From: a virus
Lineage: Duplodnaviria > Caudoviricetes
Virus record (IMG/VR): IMGVR_UViG_3300006115_000064
Span: 1-25,729 of that record
Length of the DNA: 25,729 bases
Strand: one strand, 5' to 3'
Positions 24,771 to 25,729 of the stretch are shown here, piece after piece. The first letter of the stretch is position 1; each line of letters begins with the position of its first letter. The translations under genes were made by a program, and so were the position numbers. The notes below the pieces were generated by a model. It was not told where the DNA came from. It made no database searches and saw only the letters and a program-made list of their open reading frames with translations.

Positions 24771-24866
24771 TGTCAAACAAGCCGGTGGGAACCGGCGCGT
24801 AAGACTACGACGTAGGAGTAGCCCGAAGGGCGGCACCGGTCGCCGGGAGGCGACTGCCGTCAAAAG
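24771..24866. ncRNA. Structured intergenic element, copy 2
   Basis: Same linkers and loops as 15917-16013, with compensatory stem changes. Confidence 0.7.
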
Positions 24867-24877
24867 CCAACATCCCA

Positions 24878-25306
24878 TCACGCCACCACCGGGGTCACAC
24901 CGATATCGATTTCAATGTCGATCACATGACGTTCGTGATCCACCTGCTCCCTGACGGTCATCCCTGCCAAGCCCGCGTAGCTCCATGATGTTTGTGCGGC
25001 ATTGAAATCAGATGCCAGGGAAGATGACGGACCCTGACCATACTGGTCAAAGAGCGCGACGATCGCCGAAGCCCGGTGACGATGGAGCGCCAAATCACTG
25101 CCGGCGGCCGGAGTGGTCAGACGAAGAGGACAAGTCGATTTCCAGAGTCCCAAGGCCGTGCGCTGGGCATTGGTAGCCTCCACAATGAGTAGCGGTTGGC
25201 CATTGGGAATTTGTTCGGCACTTGTGCCTGGATGAATGATCAGTCCATCTAGGGATGCTTGGGTAGAAAGGATGCCAATGAGGCCAAGTTCGATATCTGC
25301 GGTCAT
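24878..25306 (-). CDS. Putative tail terminator protein
   Basis: 142 aa with P-LIV motif, located between head-tail joining and tube genes. Confidence 0.5.
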   Translation of the reverse strand: MTADIELGLIGILSTQASLDGLIIHPGTSAEQIPNGQPLLIVEATNAQRTALGLWKSTCPLRLTTPAAGSDLALHRHRASAIVALFDQYGQGPSSSLASDFNAAQTSWSYAGLAGMTVREQVDHERHVIDIEIDIGVTPVVA

Positions 25307-25317
25307 GGCGTTGAAAA

Positions 25318-25644
25318 TTATGGAGTTTTCAGGGTGACGCGGGTTTCGGTTGCCCGAGCCGGGTCACCGCTTGCCGGAATGATATCCAGAATCTGATAGG
25401 TTTCGCCCGTGGACTGAAGGGTCACAAGTTCCCCCAAGGTGGGAACCGGCGTAATAACACGAAGGAACCGGCACTCAAAGCTGGCATCGCTACGATACCC
25501 TCCGAGTTGCAAATCAAACTTGGGATCCGGTGTGGAAAGAACCGCCCGTTCGGTGTTGCCACGATAAGTGACATTGCTTGCCAGGGCATCCCTGGCGGCG
25601 GTGCTCCTTGCGGCCATGGCCGCTATGCTGTCGGAAAGTGCCAT
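25318..25644 (-). CDS. Putative head-tail joining (head closure, FII-like) protein
   Basis: 108-aa beta protein (VTYRG...PTLGELVT...GETYQI), consistent synteny. Confidence 0.55.
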   Translation of the reverse strand: MALSDSIAAMAARSTAARDALASNVTYRGNTERAVLSTPDPKFDLQLGGYRSDASFECRFLRVITPVPTLGELVTLQSTGETYQILDIIPASGDPARATETRVTLKTP

Positions 25645-25647
25645 GAC

Positions 25648-25728
25648 TTAGATGCCCCGTGCCTTGGAAACCAATTTGCTAAAAAAATTGCCAAGCCAAT
25701 GGTTTGATTTTTTTGAAATCATTGTTGT
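25648..25728 (-). CDS. C-terminal end of an upstream gene, truncated by the window edge
   Basis: Open frame from the edge (...HWLGNFFSKLVSKARGI*) stopping 3 nt before the next ATG. Confidence 0.35.
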   Translation of the reverse strand, partial: TTMISKKSNHWLGNFFSKLVSKARGI

Positions 25729-25729
25729 T

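Larger units (their letters stand above)
1..25729. mobile_element. Temperate tailed bacteriophage genome segment, apparently excised/free form
   Basis: Integrase, Xis-like gene, lysis cassette, tape measure and tail genes, and a replication module are present. The tRNA-derived att core has phage genes on both sides and no host housekeeping genes are seen. Confidence 0.93.

Overview
The whole window looks like part of a temperate, probably non-contractile-tailed dsDNA phage in its free or excised form. An intact attP (3' end of a tRNA-Glu-like gene, 8450-8480) sits mid-window with phage genes on both sides. From left to right: a candidate replication origin and terminator (~110-480); a minus-strand early/replication operon (P-loop NTPase, SSB-like protein, DnaB-N-domain protein, ATP-dependent ligase, sliding clamp, HTH protein, microproteins; 513-8363); attP, tyrosine integrase, Xis-like, RHH regulator and a GYF_2/zinc-ribbon membrane gene (8380-10664); then a long minus-strand late block. 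Read right to left, the late block holds head-tail joining, tail terminator, two tube-like paralogues, a frameshifted tail chaperone, tape measure, tail-tip and fibre genes, a glycosyltransferase, lysis genes, dNMP kinase, a metallophosphoesterase and a peptidase. The most unusual observations are (1) two ~97-bp intergenic copies of a multi-hairpin element with compensatory base changes (15917-16013 and 24771-24866), (2) a replication NTPase gene apparently split by a six-gene cassette, and (3) attP placed between the putative early promoter and the replication operon. The host cannot be determined from sequence alone. A Gram-negative, possibly PVC-group host is only a weak impression. All product calls come from motif recognition by eye; no searches were run.
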